Shown here: positions 16,427 through 25,871 of the stretch, piece after piece | Position numbering within the stretch: the first letter of the stretch is position 1 | Layout: every line of letters starts with the position of its first letter | NCBI RefSeq assembly: GCF_000025945.1 | Contig: NC_006138.1 | Span: forward strand, 3,060,001-3,092,000 | DNA from: Desulfotalea psychrophila LSv54 | GTDB lineage: Bacteria > Desulfobacterota > Desulfobulbia > Desulfobulbales > Desulfocapsaceae | Direction: 5' to 3' | Length of the DNA: 32,000 nt | Notes under the pieces: model-generated | What the model was told of the DNA's origin: nothing | Databases searched by the model: none | Seen by the model: only the letters and a program-made list of their open reading frames with translations | Program-made: the position numbers and the translations under genes

Positions 16427-16956
16427 ATTTTTATGTATGACGATTAGATAATTGTATTATTGAGTGACAAGAAATTATTTTTCCTCTTTTATATGTTTTG
16501 CGATAAATCAATTTACAGAAAATGTCCATCTACACCTACCAACAGCCTCTCTACCCCAACTATTTAAAACCTAAAAAATACTAGCACCACCATTACTCCA
16601 TCGCAAGGATATTGACAAGAGGGGGTTAGTAGCACAGGGAGAGGTGGAAGCAGAGAAAGTGCGCGATTCACAAAAAAAAGGTTCGGGAGGCAATGAGGGC
16701 GAAAATATGGGAGGAAAACTTGACTCAAAAAGGGGCTGGTCTAAATTTTATCTCTACATTTCAAATGTTTGTCCAGACAAACAGTATTTAGCAACGACAC
16801 AATGAGCAGATAGTCACTACTGAATGGCTCTGTTAGCAATGAACAGGCCTTACTTTTTCTAAAATTTTACTGTTGCCTATTTTTCATTTTCCCTGTCATA
16901 TCGATTGTTCTGTAGATAAGGATTTTTATGTAATTTTATTTTGAAAGGAAGAGACA

Positions 16957-18105
16957 ATGGTGAATATGCTCAGGTGCTCTATTATTTTATACATCATACT
17001 CCTCCTCTCTCAATGCCTTCTCCTACTCTTAGTTGAAAGCGACGGGCTCAAACTCCTCGTCCTAGCAAACTGCATCCTCACCCTCCTGCTGAGCGGCGTA
17101 CCTTACCTCCATCATCGGCAGAGAGAGTTGGCCGACAGGGACCATGAGGCAAGCCCGGCGAAGAGGGAGATCTCTTGGCCAGTATTTCAAAAAATAGTTG
17201 AAGATATGCCCATCATGTTTGATGCTGTGGATGAAAACGGGGTGGTCCTCTTCTGGAATCGGGAATGCGAGAAGGTTACCGGATACAGCAGTGAAGAAAT
17301 TGTCGGCAACCCCCATGCCCTGGAGCTCTTCTACCCAGATCGGCTTCAGCGCGCCAGAAACCTTGCAGAGTTCCTTCAGTTCAACGGCAGCTACCGTGAC
17401 TGGGAGGTGGACCTCCTCTGCAAAGACGGTACAACGCGCACCATCTCCTGGTCAAATACCAGTCGTGAAGCCCCCATCCCCGGCTGGTACACCTGGGGTA
17501 CGGGCATAGATATCACCGAAGACAGAAGAGCAGAGCAACTCCTTATGGAGCTTGCCAGCCGGGACGAACTGACAGGACTGCTTAACCGACGAAAGATAAT
17601 GGAAATTCTTGATACAGAGATCAAAAGGGCCGCAGACAACAAGACAGCCCTGACCCTCTGTCTGGTGGACATCGACCACTTCAAGAAGGTTAATGATGTT
17701 CATGGGCACAGTGCCGGAGATACAGTTCTTAGATATGTGGCTGATACCATCAGAAGAGGCATTCGTAAGGCGGATAGGGTGGGACGTTATGGTGGTGAAG
17801 AGTTCTGCATCCTCCTGCCCCATACCTCCATTTCCGAGGCCAGCTTAGTCTTAGAGCGCATCCGCCAAGACATAGCAGCCATGACCTTTCCCCTGGATTC
17901 AAGTGACGAGCTTTCCCTCTCCATAAGCCTTGGACAGGTTCAGTATGCTCCAGCCATAAGAAGCCCCCGCCAACTGATCGACCTTGCCGACACCGCCCTC
18001 TACCGGGCAAAACGATCCGGCAGAAACAGACTCTGCACTGCTGAAGCAGATCTACCATTCAGCAAGCTACAAGAAGGGGCTGATTGCTCTCTCAGCGGGG
18101 TATAG
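16957..18105 (+). CDS. Membrane-anchored PAS-domain diguanylate cyclase (GGDEF)
   Basis: Two N-terminal hydrophobic segments. PAS region: MFDAVDENGVVLFWNRECEKVTGYSSEEIVG. GGDEF domain: LTGLLNRR, DIDHFKKVNDVHGHSAGD, RYGGEEF with an RKAD I-site. AAAGGAAGAG Shine-Dalgarno sequence. Confidence 0.9.
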   Translation: MVNMLRCSIILYIILLLSQCLLLLLVESDGLKLLVLANCILTLLLSGVPYLHHRQRELADRDHEASPAKREISWPVFQKIVEDMPIMFDAVDENGVVLFWNRECEKVTGYSSEEIVGNPHALELFYPDRLQRARNLAEFLQFNGSYRDWEVDLLCKDGTTRTISWSNTSREAPIPGWYTWGTGIDITEDRRAEQLLMELASRDELTGLLNRRKIMEILDTEIKRAADNKTALTLCLVDIDHFKKVNDVHGHSAGDTVLRYVADTIRRGIRKADRVGRYGGEEFCILLPHTSISEASLVLERIRQDIAAMTFPLDSSDELSLSISLGQVQYAPAIRSPRQLIDLADTALYRAKRSGRNRLCTAEADLPFSKLQEGADCSLSGV

Positions 18106-18168
18106 AGACATGATTCTACTTGCCCCGGCCATTCCACCGAAGGAGAAATGGTCGAGGAAGACAAAAAA

Positions 18169-19188
18169 CTAAAGGTGATAGTAGTCGCGAAACCAGGCTA
18201 CGAACTGCTGAACACCGTGCCGGAGTGAGGTGGCCGGTTTATAGGCAAAATCACGGACCAGATCATCGACATTGGCATAGGTGGCCCGGACATCGCCCGG
18301 TTGCATAGGCATAAAATTCTTAATCGCCTTTTTCCCCAGGGCCTCCTCTATGAGCTCAATAAAGTAGAGGAGTTTCTCCTTATTGTTATTACCGATATTA
18401 TAGACCCTATAGGGGCAGTAGGAGGTGGCTGGATCTGGATTCTGGCCAGACCAATCAGGGTTTGCCTCCGGCTGTTTCTCTATAACCCGGCAGACACCTT
18501 CAACAATATCATCAATATAGGTAAAATCCCGTTCCATATCACCATTATTAAAGACATCGATGGCTCTCCCCTCAAGAATCGCCTTGGTAAAGAGGAATGG
18601 GGCCATATCAGGTCGACCCCAAGGGCCATAGACGGTAAAAAAGCGAAGACCGGTGGTGGGCAGGCCGTAGAGATGACTATAGGCATGGGCCATCAGCTCA
18701 TTGGCCTTCTTTGAGGCGGCATAGAGAGAGACGGGATGATCAACATTATCATGCACCGAAAATGGCATATTGGTATTGGCACCGTAGACCGAACTGGAAG
18801 AGGCATAGACAAAGTGTTTCACCCCGCTATGCCGGCATCCCTCAAGCAGGTTAACAAAGCCGACAATATTACTGTCCACATAGGAGTGGGGATTTTTCAG
18901 GGAGTAACGCACCCCCGCCTGGGCGGCAAGGTTTACCACCGCATCAAAGGAGTGGTCACTGAAGAGTTTTTCCATGGCGCCCCGATCGGCAATATCCAGC
19001 TGCAAGTGGGTAAAGCCCTCCCCCACGGCCTGGGTCTGCATCCGGTCACGCTTGAGTTGAGGATCATAGTAATCGTTAAGATTATCAAGCCCCACCACCT
19101 CGGCTCCGGCGGCAAGTAACTGACCTGAAAGACGCGCTCCAATAAAACCTGCTGCCCCCGTGACCAAGACCTTTTTTCTTATTACCAT
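18169..19188 (-). CDS. NAD-dependent sugar-nucleotide epimerase, most like UDP-glucuronate 4-epimerase
   Basis: Extended SDR fold: [30 protein letters not shown] (YxxxK). At 339 aa the overall pattern matches the Cap1J/LpsL-type UDP-GlcA 4-epimerases. Confidence 0.8.
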   Translation of the reverse strand: MVIRKKVLVTGAAGFIGARLSGQLLAAGAEVVGLDNLNDYYDPQLKRDRMQTQAVGEGFTHLQLDIADRGAMEKLFSDHSFDAVVNLAAQAGVRYSLKNPHSYVDSNIVGFVNLLEGCRHSGVKHFVYASSSSVYGANTNMPFSVHDNVDHPVSLYAASKKANELMAHAYSHLYGLPTTGLRFFTVYGPWGRPDMAPFLFTKAILEGRAIDVFNNGDMERDFTYIDDIVEGVCRVIEKQPEANPDWSGQNPDPATSYCPYRVYNIGNNNKEKLLYFIELIEEALGKKAIKNFMPMQPGDVRATYANVDDLVRDFAYKPATSLRHGVQQFVAWFRDYYHL

Positions 19189-19220
19189 TTCCCCTCTCCT
19201 CTCAGCCCAATGGGGCCATT

Positions 19221-19247
19221 AAAAAACCCCGGAAATAGGTTCCGGGG
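19221..19247 (-). terminator. Rho-independent terminator of the aldolase gene
   Basis: Minus strand: CCCCGGAA-CCUAU-UUCCGGGG (perfect 8-bp stem) followed directly by UUUUUU. It sits 39 nt after the stop at 19286 and upstream of the epimerase start. Confidence 0.75.
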
Positions 19248-19285
19248 TTCCCCTGTTTCAAACATGCAAAGAGCTCCGACGGAGA

Positions 19286-20557
19286 TCAATCGTCGAAATC
19301 CCCTTCCGGTCCCTTATCGACCACCAGGGTCTTGGCTCGGGCAATAATTTTTTCCTTGGTCCACTCTGCCGGATCTTCAATTTGCTCTGCCTTGGCCTCT
19401 AAATCATAGGTATCCATTTCAACCAGAAGCTTACGGGCAATGGCACCAGTTCCAGCAGCATTGAATACATTTGTCAGCAGATCATAGGAAAAATCGGCTA
19501 CCAACTTAATCATTCGTTCCCGAATGGGCTTTGGTTGGGCCATGATCTTCTTCTCAAAGTGAAGATTGAGCCACTTATAGTTATCGGCACTGACACCATC
19601 GGCATCAGCATAGGCAACCATCTCCTCCCAAAGTTCTTCAGAGAGTCCTGCCCCCTCTATCTTTTTAAAGTGACCAGCATCGTCAATAATGGCATTGCCA
19701 TAGTCATTGACCTCAACACCCCAGGCAACCATCTGCAGGGCCGTTGCTACATTGGCCTTGGTGGTATGAGTACCTGCAGCAATGGCACGAAGCTTTTCAG
19801 AGTTATTACCAGAGGTTCCATGCTGAGCACCGGACACGCCATAGGGTGCCAAGGCCTCGTGAATCTGAGAGGTAAGCTCCACCTGAATTCCCTGACCACT
19901 GGACTCAATACCATGGGTAGAGCCATTATTAAGTGCGATCCAATCGGCAAATATTCCATGAGCATTGAGGCCCCTGATCAAAAAAGTGGCATCATCAACG
20001 GTGGAAAGCCCTTGGGCTCCCTTAATCTCACCCACCTCTGTTTCAAGCCCTGCCCAGGTAGGAATATATTGGCAAAGATCAATATTAGCCAACAGATTCA
20101 GGTCGTCAGCCATATGGGAGGCATCAATGGCAACGGAGGTCACACCTGCCTCAAACATAGAGGGCAGTTCCATACGGGCATAGGGTAGATCTGCCTCGGA
20201 TTTGATCACATAGTGATCAGCATGGATGGCAACGGGCACGGTTACACCAAGCTCATTACAAACGGCATCAACCTGTCTGGCAATATTATAAAAATTTGTC
20301 GGGCAGTAGTTACATTCTGAACGGGCAATCTCAATAATCACTGCAGCATCGGCACGCTGAGCTGCCTCTAAAACGCCACGGATAATAATGTGATTCCGGC
20401 CATTAGCCGCAATGGTCATCGCACTTCCCTTAGCCTTCAGGGCCCGATCAACAACCTTGCCACTCACCAGTAATGCCTCAGAATTAGGGAACAACTGTAC
20501 TATATTTGGTGGTCGACCAACCTCCAGTGCCTTTTCAAAATATGCATCCACTGACAT
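19286..20557 (-). CDS. fba: Class II (metal-dependent) fructose-bisphosphate aldolase family protein, long form
   Basis: 423 aa with class II aldolase blocks: AANGRN..IIRGVLEAA, AVIIEIARSE, PVAIHADHY, VAIDASH, GAQHGTSG. AAGGAG Shine-Dalgarno sequence upstream. Confidence 0.8.
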   Translation of the reverse strand: MSVDAYFEKALEVGRPPNIVQLFPNSEALLVSGKVVDRALKAKGSAMTIAANGRNHIIIRGVLEAAQRADAAVIIEIARSECNYCPTNFYNIARQVDAVCNELGVTVPVAIHADHYVIKSEADLPYARMELPSMFEAGVTSVAIDASHMADDLNLLANIDLCQYIPTWAGLETEVGEIKGAQGLSTVDDATFLIRGLNAHGIFADWIALNNGSTHGIESSGQGIQVELTSQIHEALAPYGVSGAQHGTSGNNSEKLRAIAAGTHTTKANVATALQMVAWGVEVNDYGNAIIDDAGHFKKIEGAGLSEELWEEMVAYADADGVSADNYKWLNLHFEKKIMAQPKPIRERMIKLVADFSYDLLTNVFNAAGTGAIARKLLVEMDTYDLEAKAEQIEDPAEWTKEKIIARAKTLVVDKGPEGDFDD

Positions 20558-20829
20558 ATTAAGTCTCCTTATAAAATTGAACTCATTTAAATAATTTTAA
20601 CCTGCTTAGACGACAGGTAGGGGAGATATCTAAGCCCTCCCCAACACCCACACACCATTTAGGGGCCTTGCAAATGCCCCCTACTACACATACCAGGATG
20701 AATTTCATCCCAAAGATAAGCAAAAACTCCGCTGGCAACGCTGACTGTAATAAAATTCCACAGCTCCTCGAAGTCAGGGCTTACCTGATCATTAGCGAAA
20801 TTGCCAATCTTTTAAACTATCCTGTTGCT

Positions 20830-21611
20830 TTAATTTATTTTATCCTCTGTGGCAACACCAAAGCCTTTAAAACCTTTACGGCCAAAAAGCCATACCACCA
20901 CCACACTTATCTCATAGAGCACCATGAGAGGCACTGCCATCATCAGCTGATTAACCACATCCGGAGTAGGAGTCAAAATTGCCGCCACTATAAAATCAAT
21001 TAAAATGGCATATTTTCTATTTTTATTGAGAAAGGCAACATCAACCACCCCTATCTTTGCCAAAAAAAGCATAAATATCGGCATTTCAAAGATAAAGCCA
21101 AAGGCAAGGAGCAGACGGGTTGCAAGGGTGAAATATTCACTCACCCCGGGAAGGGATGTTAAGAAATCATTATTATAACCGACCAGGAATTTAAAGGCAG
21201 GAGGAAATACCACAAAGTAACCAAAGGCCGCACCGCCAATAAAACAGAGCGTTGAAAGAAAGGAGAAGGGAATCAGGATACGTCTTTCGTGTTTATAGAG
21301 ACCTGGGGTAATAAAACGCCAAATTTGTGAGAAGATAACCGGACTGGCCAGGAGAACGCCGCAAACAAGGGCGAGCTTTAGGTAAAAAAAAACCCTTCTT
21401 GATATGAGGTGAAAATCAAAGAGGTATCGCCCGGCAGCACCGCAGTCAGAGGAGCAAAGAACCAAACACCAATCGGTTTTATCACCGAATAAGAGAGGCC
21501 GAAGCCCACTATTATCGCAAGAAAAGAGATCACCAAACAGGAACGCAGTTCCCGCAGATGTTCGGTCAGGGCCTGAGATTCAAAATTTTCACTTGTATTC
21601 TGGGAGTTCAT
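20830..21611 (-). pseudogene. tatC: Twin-arginine translocase subunit TatC, interrupted by a frameshift in an A9 (coding-strand T9) run at 21384..21392
   Basis: The N-terminal ORF (..EHLRELRSCLVISFLAI..LIFTSYQEGFFFT*) and the C-terminal ORF (..FFYLKLALVCGVLLASPVIFSQIWRFITPGLYKHERR..) are both clearly TatC. One extra T in the run would give the continuous sequence ..YQEGFFFYLKLAL... This could be a true pseudogene, a homopolymer sequencing error, or a gene rescued by slippage. Confidence 0.85.
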
Positions 21612-21763
21612 AGGGAAATATTAGTCTATGTCCTTGCAGAAAAAAAAGGACAAATAATTTTTTCATTTTCAGGGGATTTAAAATTGCGTGTCAGCTCTAT
21701 TAGCAGAGGTCTTCTTCTACAGAAAAACTATCCATTAAATACCATTGACTACCTTTTTTTGCA

Positions 21764-22096
21764 ATGAATTGCATCCAGAGGCCCGAGACCGACAGGCCTG
21801 CATGGTTTGTCTACATCGTTCAATGTGCTGATGGCACTCTTTATACCGGAATCACAACCAATATAGCAAGGCGTATTACTGAACACAATAGCTCCGCCAA
21901 GGGAGCCCGTTACACCAGATCCAGAAGACCAGTGATGCTAGTCTACAGGGAGACATGCAGGGATCGTTCTGAAGCCAGCAAACGGGAGTATGCAATCAAA
22001 CAGCTCTCCCCCACCCGAAAAAGAACCCTGGTTAAGGCAAGCGAAAAAGGGTTTTCAGCAATATATTTCCCTAGTTATAGCATAAAAGGACAGTAG
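21764..22096 (+). CDS. GIY-YIG nuclease-family protein (UPF0213/YhbQ-like)
   Basis: WFVYIVQCADGTLYTGITTNIARRITEHNS..GARYT..RRPVMLVYRE.....EASKREYAIKQL is the canonical small GIY-YIG pattern. Confidence 0.85.
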   Translation: MNCIQRPETDRPAWFVYIVQCADGTLYTGITTNIARRITEHNSSAKGARYTRSRRPVMLVYRETCRDRSEASKREYAIKQLSPTRKRTLVKASEKGFSAIYFPSYSIKGQ

Positions 22097-22104
22097 AAAG
22101 ACCA

Positions 22105-23487
22105 ATGGCAAACATACTGGTAGTCGATGATGAACGGAGCATGCGTGAATTTTTCAAGATACTCCTCCATAAAGAGGGATATAAAGCCTATACCACAGCT
22201 AATATTAACGAGGCAAGGGAGATCTTTTCCCAAGAGCCAATCGATCTGATCATCACTGATATCCGCATGCCCAGCGGCAGTGGTTTTGATCTACTTGAAA
22301 ACATCCGGGAAGAAAACCCTCACATTCCCATTATTCTCATTACCGCCTTCACCGAACCCAATGATGCCCTCCGGGCCATGAAGAATGGTGCCTTTGACTA
22401 TATTAGCAAACCATTTAATATTGAAGAAATTAAGTCTGTAGTAAAATCTGCTCTACAAAAAAGCAACTGTTCTGCCCCCCGAATGGTCACCAGTCACTTT
22501 CCAGAAATTATTGGTGAAAGTCGGGAAATGCAGAAAATTTTCGATATAATAAGCCGAGTTGCCCCCACTCCGGCAAACATACTTATCCATGGAGAATCCG
22601 GGACGGGCAAAGAGCTCGTTGCCCGAGCTATCCAGCAAAAAAGTCTGGTTGCCCAAAAGGCCTTTATCCCCATCACCTGTAGTGCAATCCCCGAAGAGCT
22701 GATGGAGAGCGAACTCTTTGGCCATGTCAAGGGAGCCTTTACCGGTGCGATTACCGCCAAGACAGGCCTCTTTGCCGAGGCCAATGGTGGCACCGTATTT
22801 CTTGATGAAATAGGAGAACTCCCCCTTCACATCCAAATCAAATTGCTCCGGGTTTTACAAGAGAGAGAGATAAAGCCAGTGGGAGGCAATCAGATTCAGA
22901 GCATCCAGGTCCGGATCATTGCCGCCACCAACAGAGTTCTTGAAGAGGAGATAAGGGCCGGCCGCTTCCGGGAAGATCTCTTCTACCGTCTGGCCGTTGT
23001 TCCTATCCGAGTACCACCTCTTAGAGAACGTAAGAGTGATATTCCCCTTCTAGCTCAACACTTCCTTAAAAAATACTCACGCCTTCTGGGAAAGAAGGTC
23101 CAGGAAATATCATCCTATGGCCTGGAGGTTTTAATGAAGTATGAGTTCCCCGGCAATGTCCGGGAATTAGAAAATATCATAGAGAGGGCCGTTGCCCTGG
23201 AATCATCCAATATTATCCTCCCGGAAAATCTTAATTTTTCTGCCCCCAATATCCTGCGGGAAGAGAGAGCAAGAGATAATAGCAGAGGTTTCCAAGCCCT
23301 CTCCTGCGAAGAGGAGCTCTTTGACCTTGGTCTTGAAAATATCATGACCCGTCTGGAAAAAAATCTTCTCCAACATACCCTGAAGAAGACCAATAACTCT
23401 AAGATAAGGGCGGCAGAACTCCTGCAGATAAGCTTTCGTTCCCTGAGATATAAAATTAAAAAATATAAAATAGAACCAGCTGAATAG
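22105..23487 (+). CDS. Sigma-54-dependent response regulator (NtrC family: REC, AAA+ and Fis-type HTH domains)
   Basis: REC domain with [10 protein letters not shown]. Walker A GESGTGKE, the sigma-54 contact loop GAFTGA, Walker [10 protein letters not shown], and the C-terminal [22 protein letters not shown]. Confidence 0.95.
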   Translation: MANILVVDDERSMREFFKILLHKEGYKAYTTANINEAREIFSQEPIDLIITDIRMPSGSGFDLLENIREENPHIPIILITAFTEPNDALRAMKNGAFDYISKPFNIEEIKSVVKSALQKSNCSAPRMVTSHFPEIIGESREMQKIFDIISRVAPTPANILIHGESGTGKELVARAIQQKSLVAQKAFIPITCSAIPEELMESELFGHVKGAFTGAITAKTGLFAEANGGTVFLDEIGELPLHIQIKLLRVLQEREIKPVGGNQIQSIQVRIIAATNRVLEEEIRAGRFREDLFYRLAVVPIRVPPLRERKSDIPLLAQHFLKKYSRLLGKKVQEISSYGLEVLMKYEFPGNVRELENIIERAVALESSNIILPENLNFSAPNILREERARDNSRGFQALSCEEELFDLGLENIMTRLEKNLLQHTLKKTNNSKIRAAELLQISFRSLRYKIKKYKIEPAE

Positions 23488-23494
23488 GGCCCCT

Positions 23495-25168
23495 ATGACA
23501 AGCCAAAGCCTAACCGTTAAATACTTTGCTGCCAAACAGCTCCAGTGGGTTCTCCTCCTTCGCGCTGTACTCTATAGCTTTTTGCTGGCCATTAACTTCT
23601 TCCTACAAAGCAAGGCTGAGACAATAACAATGCCCTACCCCCTGGCCCTGCTCCTGCTCGGGGCCGTATATTCTAGCAGCATCTACTACGGAAAAAACCT
23701 GGAAAACTTTACCATTATCCCCCAAAGATTTATTCTCGGCCAAGTCTCTTTTGACATTCTCTTTGCCAGCATACTTATCTACTTTACAGGTGCATCCTAC
23801 TCAACCTTTTCCTCGGTCTTCTTTTTCCCCATTATCGCAGGAGCACTGTTACTCCCCGGAATCAGGAGTCTGGCGCCAGCAGCAGCCGCCACATTCTCCT
23901 ATACGATCATCCTCCTCCTTGAGGCAATAGGCATAGTCCCTGCGTATTTTTATCATTTTTCTCTCTTTACCAGCAAAACGGCCATTACCATGCTCAACCA
24001 ATTTTCAACCCATGGTCTCACCTTTTTCCTTGCTGGCAGCCTCAATATGCTTCTAGCCCTTCGCCTGCAAAAAACAGAAACAGCTCTCTCGGACTCTGAA
24101 GAAACACTTGAAAGCCTCTCCCATCTCTATAAGCAAATTTTCGACAACGTCTCCACGGGAATCATAACCATAAACCCCCGTGGCAGCATCACCTCTGCCA
24201 ACAACTCAAGTCTGAAAATTTTAGGTAAAAAAGCCGCTCAGGTCTCCGGGAAAAATATATTCACAGTGCTACCGGAAATTGATTTAACTCCCGGTAAGCA
24301 GAGAAAAAGTTTTGACTACCCCATGGGAGAAAATCTTCTTCGTATTGGCTATTCAGCCATGTTTTTAGAAAATTCTACAGACGCAGAAAAGAGTAGGGAA
24401 GAGAAAGATAAAATAATTACCTTCCGTGATATCACAGAGGTTGAAAGATTAGAAAAACAACTCCGCCAAGCAGAAAAACTTGCCGCCATAGGCACCATGA
24501 GCGCTAGCATCGCCCATGAGTTCCGCAACCCCCTGACCGCAATTTCCGGTTCTGCCCAGATACTGGAGGAAGATTTGATAAACCAAGCAGGGGAGACAAC
24601 TATAAGCTATGAACTCTGCGCCATAATACTGCGAGAATCAGACAGATTACTGGAGACAATTTCAAATTTTCTTATCTTTGCTAAACCTGAACATTCCGAA
24701 TATAATTGGTTTTCTTTGAAAAAATGCGTGAAGGAAATTTTGGCAAGCAACAGAACCAACCCTCTCTGGCCCGAGAGCTGTCTCATTGAGGTAAAAATAG
24801 AGCAACAGCTTGATCTCTGGGCCGATAAAAACCAAATACAGACCACCCTTAACCATCTGCTGGATAATGCCCTCTGTTTCTGCCCCCGAGGTAAGGAAAA
24901 GATAAGAATAGAGGCCCATGAATATTCGATCGGAGCGGGAAAATTCGTCCAAATAAATATCGGCGATAATGGTACGGGGGTGGCATCGGCAGAGATGAGG
25001 AAAATTTTTGAACCCTTCTACACCACCCGAGCGGACGGAACAGGACTGGGACTGAGCATTGTCCACCAATATGTGAGCGCCCACAAGGGCAGAGTAGCAG
25101 TAGGGAAGAGTCCGCTGGGAGGGGCGGAGTTCCAAGTAAGCCTCCCCCTTCCCGAGCCGCCTGAATAA
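23495..25168 (+). CDS. Sensor histidine kinase (polytopic membrane N-terminus, PAS, HisKA and HATPase domains)
   Basis: About six hydrophobic segments, then a PAS region (IFDNVSTGIITINPRGSI). H-box SIAHEFRNPLTAI, N-box NHLLDNAL, G1 DNGTGV, G2 GTGLGLSIV. Only 8 nt separate it from the response regulator gene, so the two are probably co-transcribed. Confidence 0.9.
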   Translation: MTSQSLTVKYFAAKQLQWVLLLRAVLYSFLLAINFFLQSKAETITMPYPLALLLLGAVYSSSIYYGKNLENFTIIPQRFILGQVSFDILFASILIYFTGASYSTFSSVFFFPIIAGALLLPGIRSLAPAAAATFSYTIILLLEAIGIVPAYFYHFSLFTSKTAITMLNQFSTHGLTFFLAGSLNMLLALRLQKTETALSDSEETLESLSHLYKQIFDNVSTGIITINPRGSITSANNSSLKILGKKAAQVSGKNIFTVLPEIDLTPGKQRKSFDYPMGENLLRIGYSAMFLENSTDAEKSREEKDKIITFRDITEVERLEKQLRQAEKLAAIGTMSASIAHEFRNPLTAISGSAQILEEDLINQAGETTISYELCAIILRESDRLLETISNFLIFAKPEHSEYNWFSLKKCVKEILASNRTNPLWPESCLIEVKIEQQLDLWADKNQIQTTLNHLLDNALCFCPRGKEKIRIEAHEYSIGAGKFVQINIGDNGTGVASAEMRKIFEPFYTTRADGTGLGLSIVHQYVSAHKGRVAVGKSPLGGAEFQVSLPLPEPPE

Positions 25169-25183
25169 AGACAGAGAAGAGTA

Positions 25184-25792
25184 CTAATCCTCCTCCGGAA
25201 AAACAAAATTACCCTTTTTACCATCGAAACGAAAATACTCCGGCCGGACATAAAAGGTACCTGTCCCCTCGGGCTGAACCCCTTGAAGCATCCCCTGAAG
25301 CCAAACCTTTTCCCCCGTTTTCATCTTCAGAAATTGGGGATATCCTTCCAGGTCAAGCTCACAGATAATGTTTGCCCCAAAGCCCGTTTCCGAGGTGTCA
25401 AAGGAGACCTTGGCCACAGCACCTTCCACAGAATCAATGGCAAAGAAATAGACAAACCAACCCACGGGCAACAGATCTGGCTGCTCACCTGCCGGTAGAG
25501 CCTGCATATCTCCATATGCCCGGATGCGGTCCAGTATCTCAGTGGGACTTATCTCTGTATAAAAGCCCTTAGCCGAGCCCTTACTCTTTCCCTTATCACC
25601 CTCTCCCCCTTCCTGACCATTGCCTTGCTCCGTTTTTTTCAGTTCTGTAACGGTATCAGCAGGCCCCTGCTTGTCCTTCTTAGAAGAGCCGCCCAGCTTA
25701 TAGCCAACGAAGGCCAAGGCGAGAAAAAAGCAAAATACCAGGACAATGATAATAAATTCTCTGTTTCTCTTCATCCAGCCGCGTAACTTCAT
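25184..25792 (-). CDS. Hypothetical membrane-anchored protein
   Basis: I prefer the ATG at 25792 (MKLRGWMKRNREFIIIVLVFCFFLALAFVGY), preceded by GGGAGA. The listed start at 25903 would overlap the murA 3' end. A low-complexity G/K/E linker follows, then a globular domain. No family recognised. Confidence 0.6.
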   Translation of the reverse strand: MKLRGWMKRNREFIIIVLVFCFFLALAFVGYKLGGSSKKDKQGPADTVTELKKTEQGNGQEGGEGDKGKSKGSAKGFYTEISPTEILDRIRAYGDMQALPAGEQPDLLPVGWFVYFFAIDSVEGAVAKVSFDTSETGFGANIICELDLEGYPQFLKMKTGEKVWLQGMLQGVQPEGTGTFYVRPEYFRFDGKKGNFVFPEED

Positions 25793-25871
25793 CTTATCTG
25801 TCTCCCAGATTGCAAAAGTATAATAAGACTTTATCGGCCAGAAAACAGATATCTTAAAGGGCGGCGAGACA

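Noticed and set aside
16431-16529. A 32-codon basic ORF ending 4 nt upstream of the AbiTii-like start, as an AbiTi-like partner or antitoxin.
   Set aside because: It is short, sits in AT-rich DNA, has a poorly spaced Shine-Dalgarno-like sequence and shows no recognisable similarity. I mention it under the finding but do not call it as a feature.
16957-18105. The possibility that one of the GGDEF enzymes is a Hypr-GGDEF (cGAMP synthase) functionally tied to the adjacent Abi-like gene.
   Set aside because: Both cyclases keep the canonical Asp in the GH..GD specificity position (GHSAGD, GHVAGD) and canonical RxxD I-sites. The sequence therefore points to ordinary c-di-GMP synthases, and adjacency alone is not evidence of a link.
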